Below, one piece after another: positions 8,123 through 17,111 of a DNA stretch of 64,000 nucleotides (its first letter is position 1; the number at the start of each line of letters is the position of its first letter). The notes below the pieces were generated by a model. The model was not told the origin of the DNA and made no database searches. It was given only the letters and a program-made list of their open reading frames with translations. The position numbers were made by a program, and so were the translations under genes. This DNA comes from a bacterium (GTDB taxonomy: Bacteria > Krumholzibacteriota > Krumholzibacteriia > G020349025): positions 1 through 64,000 of the forward strand of contig JANLSU010000014.1 of assembly GCA_031362565.1 (NCBI GenBank), read 5' to 3'.

Positions 8123-8231
8123 CAAGAGGTTGACAGACCCACCCTGGTCTGGTACCCCTTGCGGGTCGAGGGCCAGAGGCGCGTGATGCGTTGTCCCCCC
8201 GGAGCACTCCCGGACGCTGAGGTGAATGCCG

Positions 8232-8525
8232 ATGACCAAAGCCGATCTCGTGGAGCTGATCGCCGAAAAAACCGGACTCAGCAAGAAAGACACGAACGTC
8301 GTCGTGAACGGCATTCTGGAGAACATCAGCCGCGCCTTGTCCGACGGCGACAAGGTCGAGTTGCGGGGCTTCGGAAGTTTCAAAGTCAAGCAGCGCCGGT
8401 CGCGGCGGGCGCGTAATCCGCGCACCGGCAACCCGGTCGAAGTCCCGTCGAAGCTCGTGCCGTATTTCAAGGCTTCGAACGAGCTCAAGGACAAGGTCAA
8501 CGAAGCCCCCGTCGTGACCGCTTGA
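8232..8525 (+). CDS. HU/IHF family DNA-binding protein
   Basis: MTKADLVE...GDKVELRGFGSF...RARNPRTG...FKAS. SD GAGGTG upstream (alternative start 8226). Confidence 0.95.
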   Translation: MTKADLVELIAEKTGLSKKDTNVVVNGILENISRALSDGDKVELRGFGSFKVKQRRSRRARNPRTGNPVEVPSKLVPYFKASNELKDKVNEAPVVTA

Positions 8526-8615
8526 TCTCCCTCCTCGAGTCGCGATTCAGCGGCCGCGTTCGGCGCCCAAGGCGCCAACGTTCGGCAATCGTCGCGCGTC
8601 ATGGGCGGTGATACG

Positions 8616-8705
8616 ATGCCAAGTGGAAAGAAGCGGAAGCGGAAAAAAATCGCGACCCATAAGCGCAAGAAGCGCCGCCGCGCCAACCGCCACAAGAAGA
8701 AGTAG
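8616..8705 (+). CDS. Small basic ribosomal protein bS22 (mS38/AURKAIP1-COX24 family), 29 aa
   Basis: Translated by hand: MPSGKKRKRKKIATHKRKKRRRANRHKKK, closely resembling Bacteroidetes bS22. Below the ORF-track size cutoff. Confidence 0.88.
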   Translation: MPSGKKRKRKKIATHKRKKRRRANRHKKK

Positions 8706-8758
8706 GCCCGTCGAGGGGGGTGCCGTCGGGCGCCGCATCGCGTCGCAAGGGGAACGTC

Positions 8759-10945
8759 GTGCCTGTTTCCGAGAGGCAGTTGCTCGCGTATTTCGAGAGC
8801 AATGGTCGACGCCCGCTCAAATTGCGCGACGTGGCGCGAGCGCTCGCGGTACCGCGCCGCGACTGGCCCGAACTCCGCACCCTTGTCCGCCGCCTCGAAG
8901 ACGAGGGCCGGCTGCGGCGCGGCCCCAACAAGCGTTATCAAACCTCACAGTCCTCCGACAGCGTCGTCGGCCGCCTGCAAGGGGTGCGCGCCGGCTTTGC
9001 TTTCATCCTCCGCGACGGCGCCCCGGATGTGTACGTACGGGCCGAGAACTTGGGCGCCGCCGTGCACGGCGACCTGGTCATGGCGCGTCTGCGCCGCAGC
9101 CGCGGCCGCATCGAAGGCATCATCGAGCGAGTGGTCGAGCCCGGACGGGCGCTCGTGTCGGGGACGCTCGAGTTCGACGGCTCCGCCTGGTTCCTGGTGC
9201 CCGACGAAGCGCGCATCGCCCGCGATGTCAACTTGAGTGCGAGCCCCATTCAACCGCAAACGCATCAGCGCGGCCACAAGACTCTCGTCCGCTTGACCGG
9301 CGCTGGGCGCGACGCCGATTTGCACGGCGAGATCGTCACCATCCTCGGCCCCAAGGATGCACCGGGCGTGCGGTCGCGGGCGCTCCTCGCCGAGTTCGAT
9401 CTGCCGGAAGATTTCGACCCCGCCATGCTGGCCAGCATCCAAGACCTGCGGCCGCCGGCCGCGGCCGAGCGGGCCGACCGCGAAGACCTGTCGGCGCTCC
9501 TCACCTTCACGATCGATCCGGTGGATGCGCGCGATCACGACGACGCCGTCTCGCTAGTGCGCCGGCCCGACGGCTCGTTCGAACTCGGGGTGCACATCGC
9601 CGATGTGTCGCACTACGTGCAGCCGGAGACGCTCGTCGACCAAGAAGGCGAGCGGCGCGCCACCAGCGTCTACCTGGCGGATCGCGTCGTGCCGATGCTG
9701 CCGGAGCTGTTGTCGAATCATGTGTGTTCGCTGCGCCCCGGGGTGCCGCGGCTTACGCTTTCGGCGTTCATGACCTTCGATGTGCGTGGCACTCCGGCCG
9801 GTGTCCGGCTCGCCGAGGGTTGGATCGTGTCGCGCGTCAAGCTGTCGTACCAGGCCGCCCAAGCGTTGTTGGAAGGCACCGAGCCCGATGCGGCGCATTT
9901 CGCGACCCATTCCGGCGAAGAGAGCGGTGAAGCCGCCTGGCCGGGAGTCGTTCCCTGGGACGCCATGCGCGACGACGTGCGAAAGACGCTCGGCGACATG
10001 CGCCACCTGGCGCGCATGCTGCGTGCCCAACGCTTCTCGTCCGGTGCGCTCGACATCGACACGCCCGAACTGAAGGTCGTCCACGACGAGCGTGGGCGTG
10101 TGGCGCGCATCGAAGAGCGCGTCGACCTCGAGTCGTATCGGATCATCGAGGAGTTCATGCTGGCGGCGAACCGGTCGGTGGCGCGGGCATTGGCGGCCGG
10201 CAAACAGCCGCTTCTATGGCGCGTCCACGAGGTTCCCGATGGCGCCAAGGCCGACGAATTGCGGCTCTTCTTGAAGAAACTCGGCATCGTATGGTCGCCC
10301 AGCGATCCGCCCAGCAATGGTGACTACCAACAGCTCCTGCAGGCCATCGAACGGCGGCCGGAGCGCAAATACCTCATGTACCGCGTCCTGCGCTCGCTGA
10401 AGAAGGCGCGTTACGAAGCCAAACACGTCGGCCACTTTGGACTCGCGTTCAGCCACTACACCCACTTTACTTCACCCATCCGGCGCTATCCGGACCTCTA
10501 CAACCACCGGCTCGTGCGCCGTGTGCTCGGACGTCCGGCACCGGGCGGCGAGGATGCGGCACGCCTCGGCGCCGCACTCCGTGACCTCGGCATGCATTGT
10601 TCGGAACGCGAAATCGTCGCGGCGGACGCCGAGCGCGCTTCACTGCGCCAGCACTTGTGCGAGTCGCTCGAGAGCCGCGTCGGCGAAACCACCCGTGGCT
10701 TCGTGAGCGCGATCGCCGACCATGGGCTGTACATCGATCTCGTGGAGTGGAACGCCGAGGGCCTGGTGCACTTGAGCCAGATGAATGACGACGACTACCA
10801 ACCCGATGCGCAGCACACCCGGCTCGTCGGTGCGCGCTCGCACCGGACCTGGCGTTTCGGGCAGGAAGTGCGTGTCAAGTTGGTGCGCGCCGATCCCGAT
10901 CGCCGCCAAATCGACCTCGTTCTGGCGGATCGCTCCGAATCGTGA
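8759..10945 (+). CDS. rnr: Ribonuclease R
   Basis: N-terminal HTH and CSDs, TIDPVDARDHDDA, GVHIADVSHYV, IEEFMLAAN, HFTSPIRRYPDL, C-terminal S1. Confidence 0.93.
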   Translation: MPVSERQLLAYFESNGRRPLKLRDVARALAVPRRDWPELRTLVRRLEDEGRLRRGPNKRYQTSQSSDSVVGRLQGVRAGFAFILRDGAPDVYVRAENLGAAVHGDLVMARLRRSRGRIEGIIERVVEPGRALVSGTLEFDGSAWFLVPDEARIARDVNLSASPIQPQTHQRGHKTLVRLTGAGRDADLHGEIVTILGPKDAPGVRSRALLAEFDLPEDFDPAMLASIQDLRPPAAAERADREDLSALLTFTIDPVDARDHDDAVSLVRRPDGSFELGVHIADVSHYVQPETLVDQEGERRATSVYLADRVVPMLPELLSNHVCSLRPGVPRLTLSAFMTFDVRGTPAGVRLAEGWIVSRVKLSYQAAQALLEGTEPDAAHFATHSGEESGEAAWPGVVPWDAMRDDVRKTLGDMRHLARMLRAQRFSSGALDIDTPELKVVHDERGRVARIEERVDLESYRIIEEFMLAANRSVARALAAGKQPLLWRVHEVPDGAKADELRLFLKKLGIVWSPSDPPSNGDYQQLLQAIERRPERKYLMYRVLRSLKKARYEAKHVGHFGLAFSHYTHFTSPIRRYPDLYNHRLVRRVLGRPAPGGEDAARLGAALRDLGMHCSEREIVAADAERASLRQHLCESLESRVGETTRGFVSAIADHGLYIDLVEWNAEGLVHLSQMNDDDYQPDAQHTRLVGARSHRTWRFGQEVRVKLVRADPDRRQIDLVLADRSES

Positions 10946-10961
10946 CGGCACGGCTCTTGCG
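10946..10961 (+). promoter_or_regulatory. Candidate sigma54 (-24/-12) promoter upstream of the PilZ gene
   Basis: CGGCACGGCTCTTGCG: GG-N10-GC, matches YGGCACG-N4-TTGC, intergenic. Confidence 0.55.
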
Positions 10962-11086
10962 CGTTCGGAATGCCTGGAGAGAGGCGCCCGACTGGGCGCG
11001 GATTGCGCATTGACACCACCCGCGGTGCCAGCGAACAATGCGCTCTCGGCCGCAGCGTCGCGGTGGTGTGGACGTGGAGGAGATGC

Positions 11087-11452
11087 ATGAAGACCGACGT
11101 CTCGACAGACCGGCGGCGCGGACGGCGCGTCGATGCCCGGCTCCAGATCGAATTGCAACTCGAGCCCGGCGGCCCGAGCCACCCGGCGAGTACGATCAAC
11201 ATCAGTTCCAACGGGGTGTATTTCAAGAGCCCGCGCTTCGTGGCGCCGCTCACCAAGCTTGGGCTGCGGCTCCTGCTGCCCGAAGACGAGACCGGCGAGG
11301 AAACATCGGTGGATTGCCAAGGCGTCGTCGTGCGCTGCCTGCCGGAAAAACCGACCGCCGGTGTCCAGGAATACGAAGTCGCGTGTTACTTCCCCGAAAC
11401 GAGCCCGGAGTTCCAGGCGCGCGTCGGGCACTACGTAACCCGCAGCATCTGA
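11087..11452 (+). CDS. PilZ domain protein (c-di-GMP receptor)
   Basis: RRRGRR (RxxxR) and NISSNG (D/NxSxxG) motifs. SD GGAGG. Confidence 0.88.
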   Translation: MKTDVSTDRRRGRRVDARLQIELQLEPGGPSHPASTINISSNGVYFKSPRFVAPLTKLGLRLLLPEDETGEETSVDCQGVVVRCLPEKPTAGVQEYEVACYFPETSPEFQARVGHYVTRSI

Positions 11453-11576
11453 CGGCTCGAGTGTCGGGAGTCCGGTCCGCGCACCGCGGCGAGTATTCAG
11501 TCGCGGTGAGCGGCACGACTCTTCCTTCCTGCCCGGAGTGGTTCGGCCGGAACCGAACCGCCCGGGGGGATTTTTC

Positions 11577-13334
11577 ATGGGTGCCATCCGACACGTTCTC
11601 GTGAGTTGTGCGACGGGCGAGGGCCGGCCGGAGCACGAGCTGCGCATCGCCGGGCTCGTGACATTGTTGCAGCGCCGGGCGCGCACGCCGATCGTTCTCC
11701 TCTCACCCGATCCAGCCCGCACCGCGAGCGCCCACCCCGATGTCGCCGTCATGGCACTGGATGCAATCGCCACCGCACTGGTGAACTGCGAATTTCTCTG
11801 CGTGGCGGGCGAGCTGCGCACCGCCGCGGCGATCGCGCGCGCCGCGCGCCACGTTCTGGCCGCACGCCTGGCGGGCGTGCCCGTGGCTCTTGTGAGTGTC
11901 GATGTCGGCGCGCGCAGTGCGAGCCCGGTAAACGCGGGTCCGCCGACACTCGTCGCCGAAATCCTGGCGAGTGTCGAATCGATCTCTGCCTTGGATGCGC
12001 GTTCCGCGGCGCACTTGACGCCGCTCTGCGGCCGCCGCGTCGAGACGACCGCGCCGCCTGAAATCGTCCTCGATCTGCCGGCGGGGGAGACGCGGACGGC
12101 ATGCGGGATCGATGCGCGCCTGCTCGCTGGCCTCCCCGTTGATGCAGCCAACGCTCTCGCGGCGGCGCTCGGCAGCCGCGGCATCACGGACATCGTCGTG
12201 CTCGGCACGGCGGCACCCGGCGGCGCTTTCGCGGCTTCTACCGTGGTTTCGGCGCGCGACTGGCGAACGTGGTCACGAGCCGTCGGCGAATGCGCCTTGG
12301 TGTTCACGAACGACGCGGCCGCGACATCGAGCGCCATTCTCGCCTGTGGCGCCGTGCCCATCGTGCAGACGATTGGTGCGGATGCCGCATTGCACCGGCG
12401 CATCGGACTCGCGTCTTGCGTTGTGGACCCCGCACGGAGCGACGAAGCCGCCTGGTCGGAGGCGATCGATGCCGGCCTGCGCACCCTCGGACAGGCCCTT
12501 GCGGGGCGCGTCGCGCCGCTTCGTTCCCTTGCTTGGCGGGCGCTCGGGCCGCTGGCCGACGCGGCGCGGGCGAGCGGGTGGAATGGTGCCTCGGCAAGTG
12601 CCGGCGCCAAGACGCTTGCCGCGGAAGCCTGCGCGCTGCTTGCGCGCCCGGCGCTCGAGGCCGGCGACGCGACGGTTGTCGAAGGAATCCTCGAGCCGCA
12701 CCGTGCGGCGCTCGCCACCGAACCCGCCTGGGCCGAGGTTCGGGCGCGGGCCTACGCGCTGCAAGGCGGCGACGCCGAGGGACAGGCGGCGCTCGAAGCG
12801 GCGCTGGCGCTGCATCCGGATTGCGATCGTGTTTGGGCCGCATTGGCGCGAGCGCGGCTGCGCCGCGGCGATGTCGATGGAGCGCGCGCCGCTTGGCAGC
12901 GCGTTGCCGAACTGTGTACCGCGGATGCCGAACCGGCTGCCGAATTGGCGGCGCTGGCGTTGTTTGGCGGCCGCGTCGAAGCGGCACTCGGTGCCTGGCA
13001 GGAAGCCCAGCGCCGGGCGCCGGGACACGCCGCGAGTGCGCGCGCCGTGCGCGCTTGTTTGGAAAACGATGCGCGGCGCGAAGCGCGATTCTGGGCCGAA
13101 CTCGCGGCCGAGCGTCCCGACGTTGCGGTGTATTTCCATGCCGCCGGCTTGGCATTCGAGCGCGCCGGTGCACATGGCGACGCCGAAGCGTACCTGGTGC
13201 GCGGTACTGAAATCGCACCCGCTTGTTCCGCCCTCTGGGATGCGCTCGCATGTTCCGTTGCGCGGCGCGATGCCGACGGCGCGCAGCACATTTTCGCGCG
13301 TGCACGCGCCCTCGAGGCCGCATCCACGCCGTAG
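11577..13334 (+). CDS. Polysaccharide pyruvyltransferase-like N-terminal domain + TPR repeats
   Basis: [11 protein letters not shown]...[22 protein letters not shown] resemble CsaB/WcaK. Ala-rich helical TPR-like C-terminal half. Confidence 0.55.
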   Translation: MGAIRHVLVSCATGEGRPEHELRIAGLVTLLQRRARTPIVLLSPDPARTASAHPDVAVMALDAIATALVNCEFLCVAGELRTAAAIARAARHVLAARLAGVPVALVSVDVGARSASPVNAGPPTLVAEILASVESISALDARSAAHLTPLCGRRVETTAPPEIVLDLPAGETRTACGIDARLLAGLPVDAANALAAALGSRGITDIVVLGTAAPGGAFAASTVVSARDWRTWSRAVGECALVFTNDAAATSSAILACGAVPIVQTIGADAALHRRIGLASCVVDPARSDEAAWSEAIDAGLRTLGQALAGRVAPLRSLAWRALGPLADAARASGWNGASASAGAKTLAAEACALLARPALEAGDATVVEGILEPHRAALATEPAWAEVRARAYALQGGDAEGQAALEAALALHPDCDRVWAALARARLRRGDVDGARAAWQRVAELCTADAEPAAELAALALFGGRVEAALGAWQEAQRRAPGHAASARAVRACLENDARREARFWAELAAERPDVAVYFHAAGLAFERAGAHGDAEAYLVRGTEIAPACSALWDALACSVARRDADGAQHIFARARALEAASTP

Positions 13335-13400
13335 CACTACGCCCTCGAAAAATCGCCGTCCCCCCAATGGCCCCTCGGGTGCTAAGATCGGCTCCGGTTC

Positions 13401-13476
13401 GGAGCAACGGCCTCGCGGATTCGGGACGAACGCAGGATGCGCGCGTCCCGTCCGCATGGAGGCACAGCCACGAGGA
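13401..13476 (+). promoter_or_regulatory. GGA-rich csrA leader (putative CsrA autoregulatory sites)
   Basis: Six GGA motifs, one as CAGGATG at a hairpin apex and one within the SD. Confidence 0.55.
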
Positions 13477-13483
13477 GAAACCG

Positions 13484-13726
13484 GTGCTCGTACTGAGTCG
13501 AAAAGTGAACCAACGCATCATGATTGGCGATGACATCGAAATCGTCGTCGTCGATATTCGCGGCGAGCAAGTACAGATCGGTATCAAAGCCCCGCGCGAC
13601 ATCCCAGTGCACCGGCTCGAGGTGTACGACACCATTCGCGAGGCGAATGTCGACGCCGCCCGCGTCCAAGACGACGATCTCAACAAGTTGCAGATCAAGA
13701 AACCGCGCCAAGCCGGCGGCGCCTGA
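13484..13726 (+). CDS. csrA: Carbon storage regulator CsrA
   Basis: GTG start with [28 protein letters not shown]...[17 protein letters not shown]. Confidence 0.96.
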   Translation: MLVLSRKVNQRIMIGDDIEIVVVDIRGEQVQIGIKAPRDIPVHRLEVYDTIREANVDAARVQDDDLNKLQIKKPRQAGGA

Positions 13727-13848
13727 ACGCCACCGCAGCCACCGCACATCGACGTCCAGACGCCTGGACGTTTTCTTGCCAGCTTTCCGTTGCCTCGCCC
13801 TCGAGGCCTGTGATACCTCTGCCCGCGGTGTGGATCGGGGTGGGGGAG

Positions 13849-15570
13849 ATGTTCGTGTCCGCTGAGCGCCGCATGGGTTCACCAGCTGTTCCGCCGCGCG
13901 CCGCGAGCCTGCGCCGCGACGGGCGTTCGCGCGACGCCGCGCGCCTTCTCGACGCGACCGAAGCCGAACTGCAGCGCCGCGTCTCGCAGCTCACGACGCT
14001 CTATCAAATCGCCCGGGCCATCAGCGAGTCCCGCAATTGGAGCGAGGCCCTCGATTATTTCTTGGCGACGCTGCGCGACTACTTGGGAGTGCGCGGCGCC
14101 GCCATTCTGCTTTGGAGCCGTGAAAATACCGTTCTCGCGCCACGTACCGTGCTGGCGATGCAACCGGACGACGTCGAAGCGTGCGTGCAGCGCCTGCGAG
14201 CCGGCTACCCGGTGCGCGGCCCGATCGCCGAAATCCACGCCCTGGAATGCTACGAAGCGCCGGCACGCGCCGGCCTGCAATGCACCGGGCACGGCACCCA
14301 GTGGCACTTGACCATTCTGCCGCTCCTGTACCGGCGCGCCCCGCTCGGATTCCTCGTTCTCGACAAACCGTACGAAGGTGGACCGGCGTTCGCCAACGAA
14401 CAGTTCTTCCTGCAAACGATCCAAACGATTCTCGGCGAGGAAGTCGCCAATGCGGTGCACTTGTCGCGTCTCGTGGATCTGAAGAACTTCAATGCGGCGG
14501 TACTCGACAACGTTGAAAGCGGCGTGCTGACCGCCAACGAGCGCGGCACGATTACGTTCGCCAACCGGCGGGCGCGGCAAATCCTGGGAACCGGCGCCGA
14601 GGAACCGCCGCCGGCGACGTTCGAGGCTCTGTTCCGGTTGGACGGAACCGGCGGCACCCCGGTGTCGTTCGACGCCCTGCTCGGCGGCGCCAACGCCACG
14701 GCGGCGTTCGTCGGCGAGTTGCACCGCCCGGATGGCCGCCGGGTGCCGGTGGAAGTGCGCACCAGCCGTATCCTCAATCCGAGCGACTCGGAAAGCCTGC
14801 TCGTGGTGGCTTTCGAGGATCTCACGGCGGAGCGCCGCTTGGAAGAACAAGCCCGGCGCGCCGACCGCTTGCGTTCGCTCGGCGAACTGTCCGCGGCGAT
14901 CGCCCACGAGGTGCGCAATCCGCTGCAGGGAATTTCGCTCACCCTCTCCAACTTGCAGGAATACCTCCTGCCCGGCGCCGAGGACTACGTGCGCGTCATG
15001 TTTGGCGAGATGGAACGCTTGAACTCGATCGTCGGCGGCATCCTGGAGTTCGCGCGGCCGCACCCGCCGGTGCCGAGCGACACGAGTATTGCCGGCGTCT
15101 GCCAGCGAGTGCTCGATCTGGCGGCGGAGCGCGCCGCGGCACGCAGCGTGCGGCTCGAACTCGAAGTTCCGCCCGCTGACGAGCGCGGCGAGTTCGACGA
15201 GGGGCAGATTGTGCAGGTGCTGCTCAACCTCGTCCTGAACGCCATCGATGCCACACCGGCTGGGGGACGCGTCGGCATCCAAGCCACCGCGGCCTCGGAA
15301 CCGCTGGTGCCCACACTCGGCCGGCAGGGCAGCTTCTGGCGCTTGGCGGTCCGCGACGATGGCCCGGGAATCGCCCCCGAGCATCGCGCCAAATTGTTCG
15401 ATCCATTTTTCACCACGAAGCCCGAGGGCACCGGACTCGGACTCGCGGTGAGTTCGAAGATCGTCGAAGAGCATCGTGGCACGATTCACGTAGAGACGCA
15501 GCCGGGCGGTGGCACGGCGTTCATCGTCGAGTTGCCGCGCCGTTTCGAAGGTCTCACACTGCAGGCCTAG
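13849..15570 (+). CDS. Cytoplasmic GAF-PAS sensor histidine kinase
   Basis: IAHEVRNPL H-box, QVLLNLVLNAIDA N-box, DDGPGI, FDPFFTTK, GTGLGL. No TM segment evident. Confidence 0.93.
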   Translation: MFVSAERRMGSPAVPPRAASLRRDGRSRDAARLLDATEAELQRRVSQLTTLYQIARAISESRNWSEALDYFLATLRDYLGVRGAAILLWSRENTVLAPRTVLAMQPDDVEACVQRLRAGYPVRGPIAEIHALECYEAPARAGLQCTGHGTQWHLTILPLLYRRAPLGFLVLDKPYEGGPAFANEQFFLQTIQTILGEEVANAVHLSRLVDLKNFNAAVLDNVESGVLTANERGTITFANRRARQILGTGAEEPPPATFEALFRLDGTGGTPVSFDALLGGANATAAFVGELHRPDGRRVPVEVRTSRILNPSDSESLLVVAFEDLTAERRLEEQARRADRLRSLGELSAAIAHEVRNPLQGISLTLSNLQEYLLPGAEDYVRVMFGEMERLNSIVGGILEFARPHPPVPSDTSIAGVCQRVLDLAAERAAARSVRLELEVPPADERGEFDEGQIVQVLLNLVLNAIDATPAGGRVGIQATAASEPLVPTLGRQGSFWRLAVRDDGPGIAPEHRAKLFDPFFTTKPEGTGLGLAVSSKIVEEHRGTIHVETQPGGGTAFIVELPRRFEGLTLQA

Positions 15571-15599
15571 GGGATGACGACGAAGGGGATCTGGGAACT

Positions 15600-17063
15600 A
15601 TGCGCATGACGATTCTGATTGTCGATGACGAGAAGACCATTCGCTGGTCGCTGGGCGAAGGCCTGCGCAAGGGCGGGTTCGAAATTCTCGAAGCCGCGTC
15701 GGGCGAAGAGGGAATTCAACTGTTTGTCGACAAGTCGCCGGACTGCGTCCTTCTCGACATGAAGTTGCCCGGCATCGACGGCATCGAGACGTTGCGCCGG
15801 ATGCGCAAAGAGACCACCGAGGTGCCGATCATCGTGATGACGGCGTACGGCGAAGTCGACAAGGCCGTCGAAGCGATGAAGCTCGGCGCCTATGACTTCG
15901 TGAACAAGCCGTTCATGATCGAGAAGATGAAGGTGACGATCGAGCACGCCCTCGAAACGAGCCGCCTGCGCACCCAAGTGCGTGAAATGGAGCGCGGCCG
16001 CGGCGACTGGCTCGACAATTTCGTCGGCAAGAGCCCCGGCATGCAGGAAGTCTTCCGCATCGTCCAGAAGATCGGCCAGAGCAAAGCCACGACCGTGCTC
16101 ATCACGGGTGAGAGCGGCACCGGCAAGGAACTCGTGGCGCGCGCCATTCACGAGTGTTCGACCGCCGATGGTCCATTCGTCGAAATCAACTGCGGAGCGC
16201 TGCCGGAGCCGCTGCTGGAAAGCGAACTCTTCGGCCACGAAAAGGGCGCGTTTACCGACGCCAAGGCGCGCAAACGCGGTTTGGTGGAGATCGCCGAGGG
16301 CGGCACGCTGTTCTTGGACGAGATCGGCGAAATGGGGCTGACGCTGCAGACGCGCCTCTTGCGCCTCATCGAAAACAAGACGTTCCGGCGCGTCGGCGGT
16401 GTCGAGGACTTGCAGGTCAAAACCCGCATCGTCTCCGCGACCAACCGCGATCTCGAGAAGGCGATCGAAGACGGGATCTTCCGCAAGGATCTCTACTACC
16501 GGCTGAAAGTGATCCCGATCCTTCTGCCGACGCTGCGCGAGAGATTGGGCGACGTGCCGATCATCGCCAATCATTTCATCGAGCACTTCAACAAGGAACT
16601 CAACAAGCGGGTGCGCAAACTGGCGCCCGAAATCATCGGCATCTTGCAGGGGTACAACTGGCCGGGCAACGTGCGCGAGTTGCGCAACGTCATCGAACGC
16701 GCCATGCTGCTCGAAGCCGAGGACGAGATCTTGCCGGAGCACCTGCCGGTGGAACTGGTGTCGCCGAACACCGTGGTCGTCAAGCAGCGGGCGTCGTTCC
16801 TGGAAGAAAGCTTCAAACCGACGAGCTTGCGCGTCATGGAGTATTTCTTCATCACCAAGACGCTCGAAGCCACCAACGGCAACAAGTCGCAAGCGGCAAA
16901 GCTGCTCGGCATTTCGCGCCAGACGCTGCGCGAGAAGCTGAAGGGCTTCGAGTGGCCGGAGAATGCCGCCGGCGCGGTGACCGGTGTGGCGGTCGGCGCG
17001 GGCGCCGGCCCGGGCCCGGCCGCGGCGCGTATCGCCGAGCCCGTGGAGTTCGGCGAGCTCTGA
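15600..17063 (+). CDS. Sigma54-dependent response regulator (NtrC/AtoC family)
   Basis: ILIVDDE...LLDMKLP receiver, GESGTGKE, ESELFGHEKGAFTDA, WPGNVREL, Fis HTH. Confidence 0.95.
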   Translation: MRMTILIVDDEKTIRWSLGEGLRKGGFEILEAASGEEGIQLFVDKSPDCVLLDMKLPGIDGIETLRRMRKETTEVPIIVMTAYGEVDKAVEAMKLGAYDFVNKPFMIEKMKVTIEHALETSRLRTQVREMERGRGDWLDNFVGKSPGMQEVFRIVQKIGQSKATTVLITGESGTGKELVARAIHECSTADGPFVEINCGALPEPLLESELFGHEKGAFTDAKARKRGLVEIAEGGTLFLDEIGEMGLTLQTRLLRLIENKTFRRVGGVEDLQVKTRIVSATNRDLEKAIEDGIFRKDLYYRLKVIPILLPTLRERLGDVPIIANHFIEHFNKELNKRVRKLAPEIIGILQGYNWPGNVRELRNVIERAMLLEAEDEILPEHLPVELVSPNTVVVKQRASFLEESFKPTSLRVMEYFFITKTLEATNGNKSQAAKLLGISRQTLREKLKGFEWPENAAGAVTGVAVGAGAGPGPAAARIAEPVEFGEL

Positions 17064-17111
17064 GTGCTAGACTGCCGGCACCCCTGAGTCTCGAATCGGC
17101 GGGGGCTCGGC

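Noticed and set aside
11511..11525. Sigma54-like CGGCACGACTCTTCC
   Set aside because: The -12 element is CC rather than the near-invariant GC.
11500..11545. SRP RNA-like GGAAGGAAG on the minus strand
   Set aside because: It lacks the surrounding CAGG-GNRA-AGCAG domain IV architecture.
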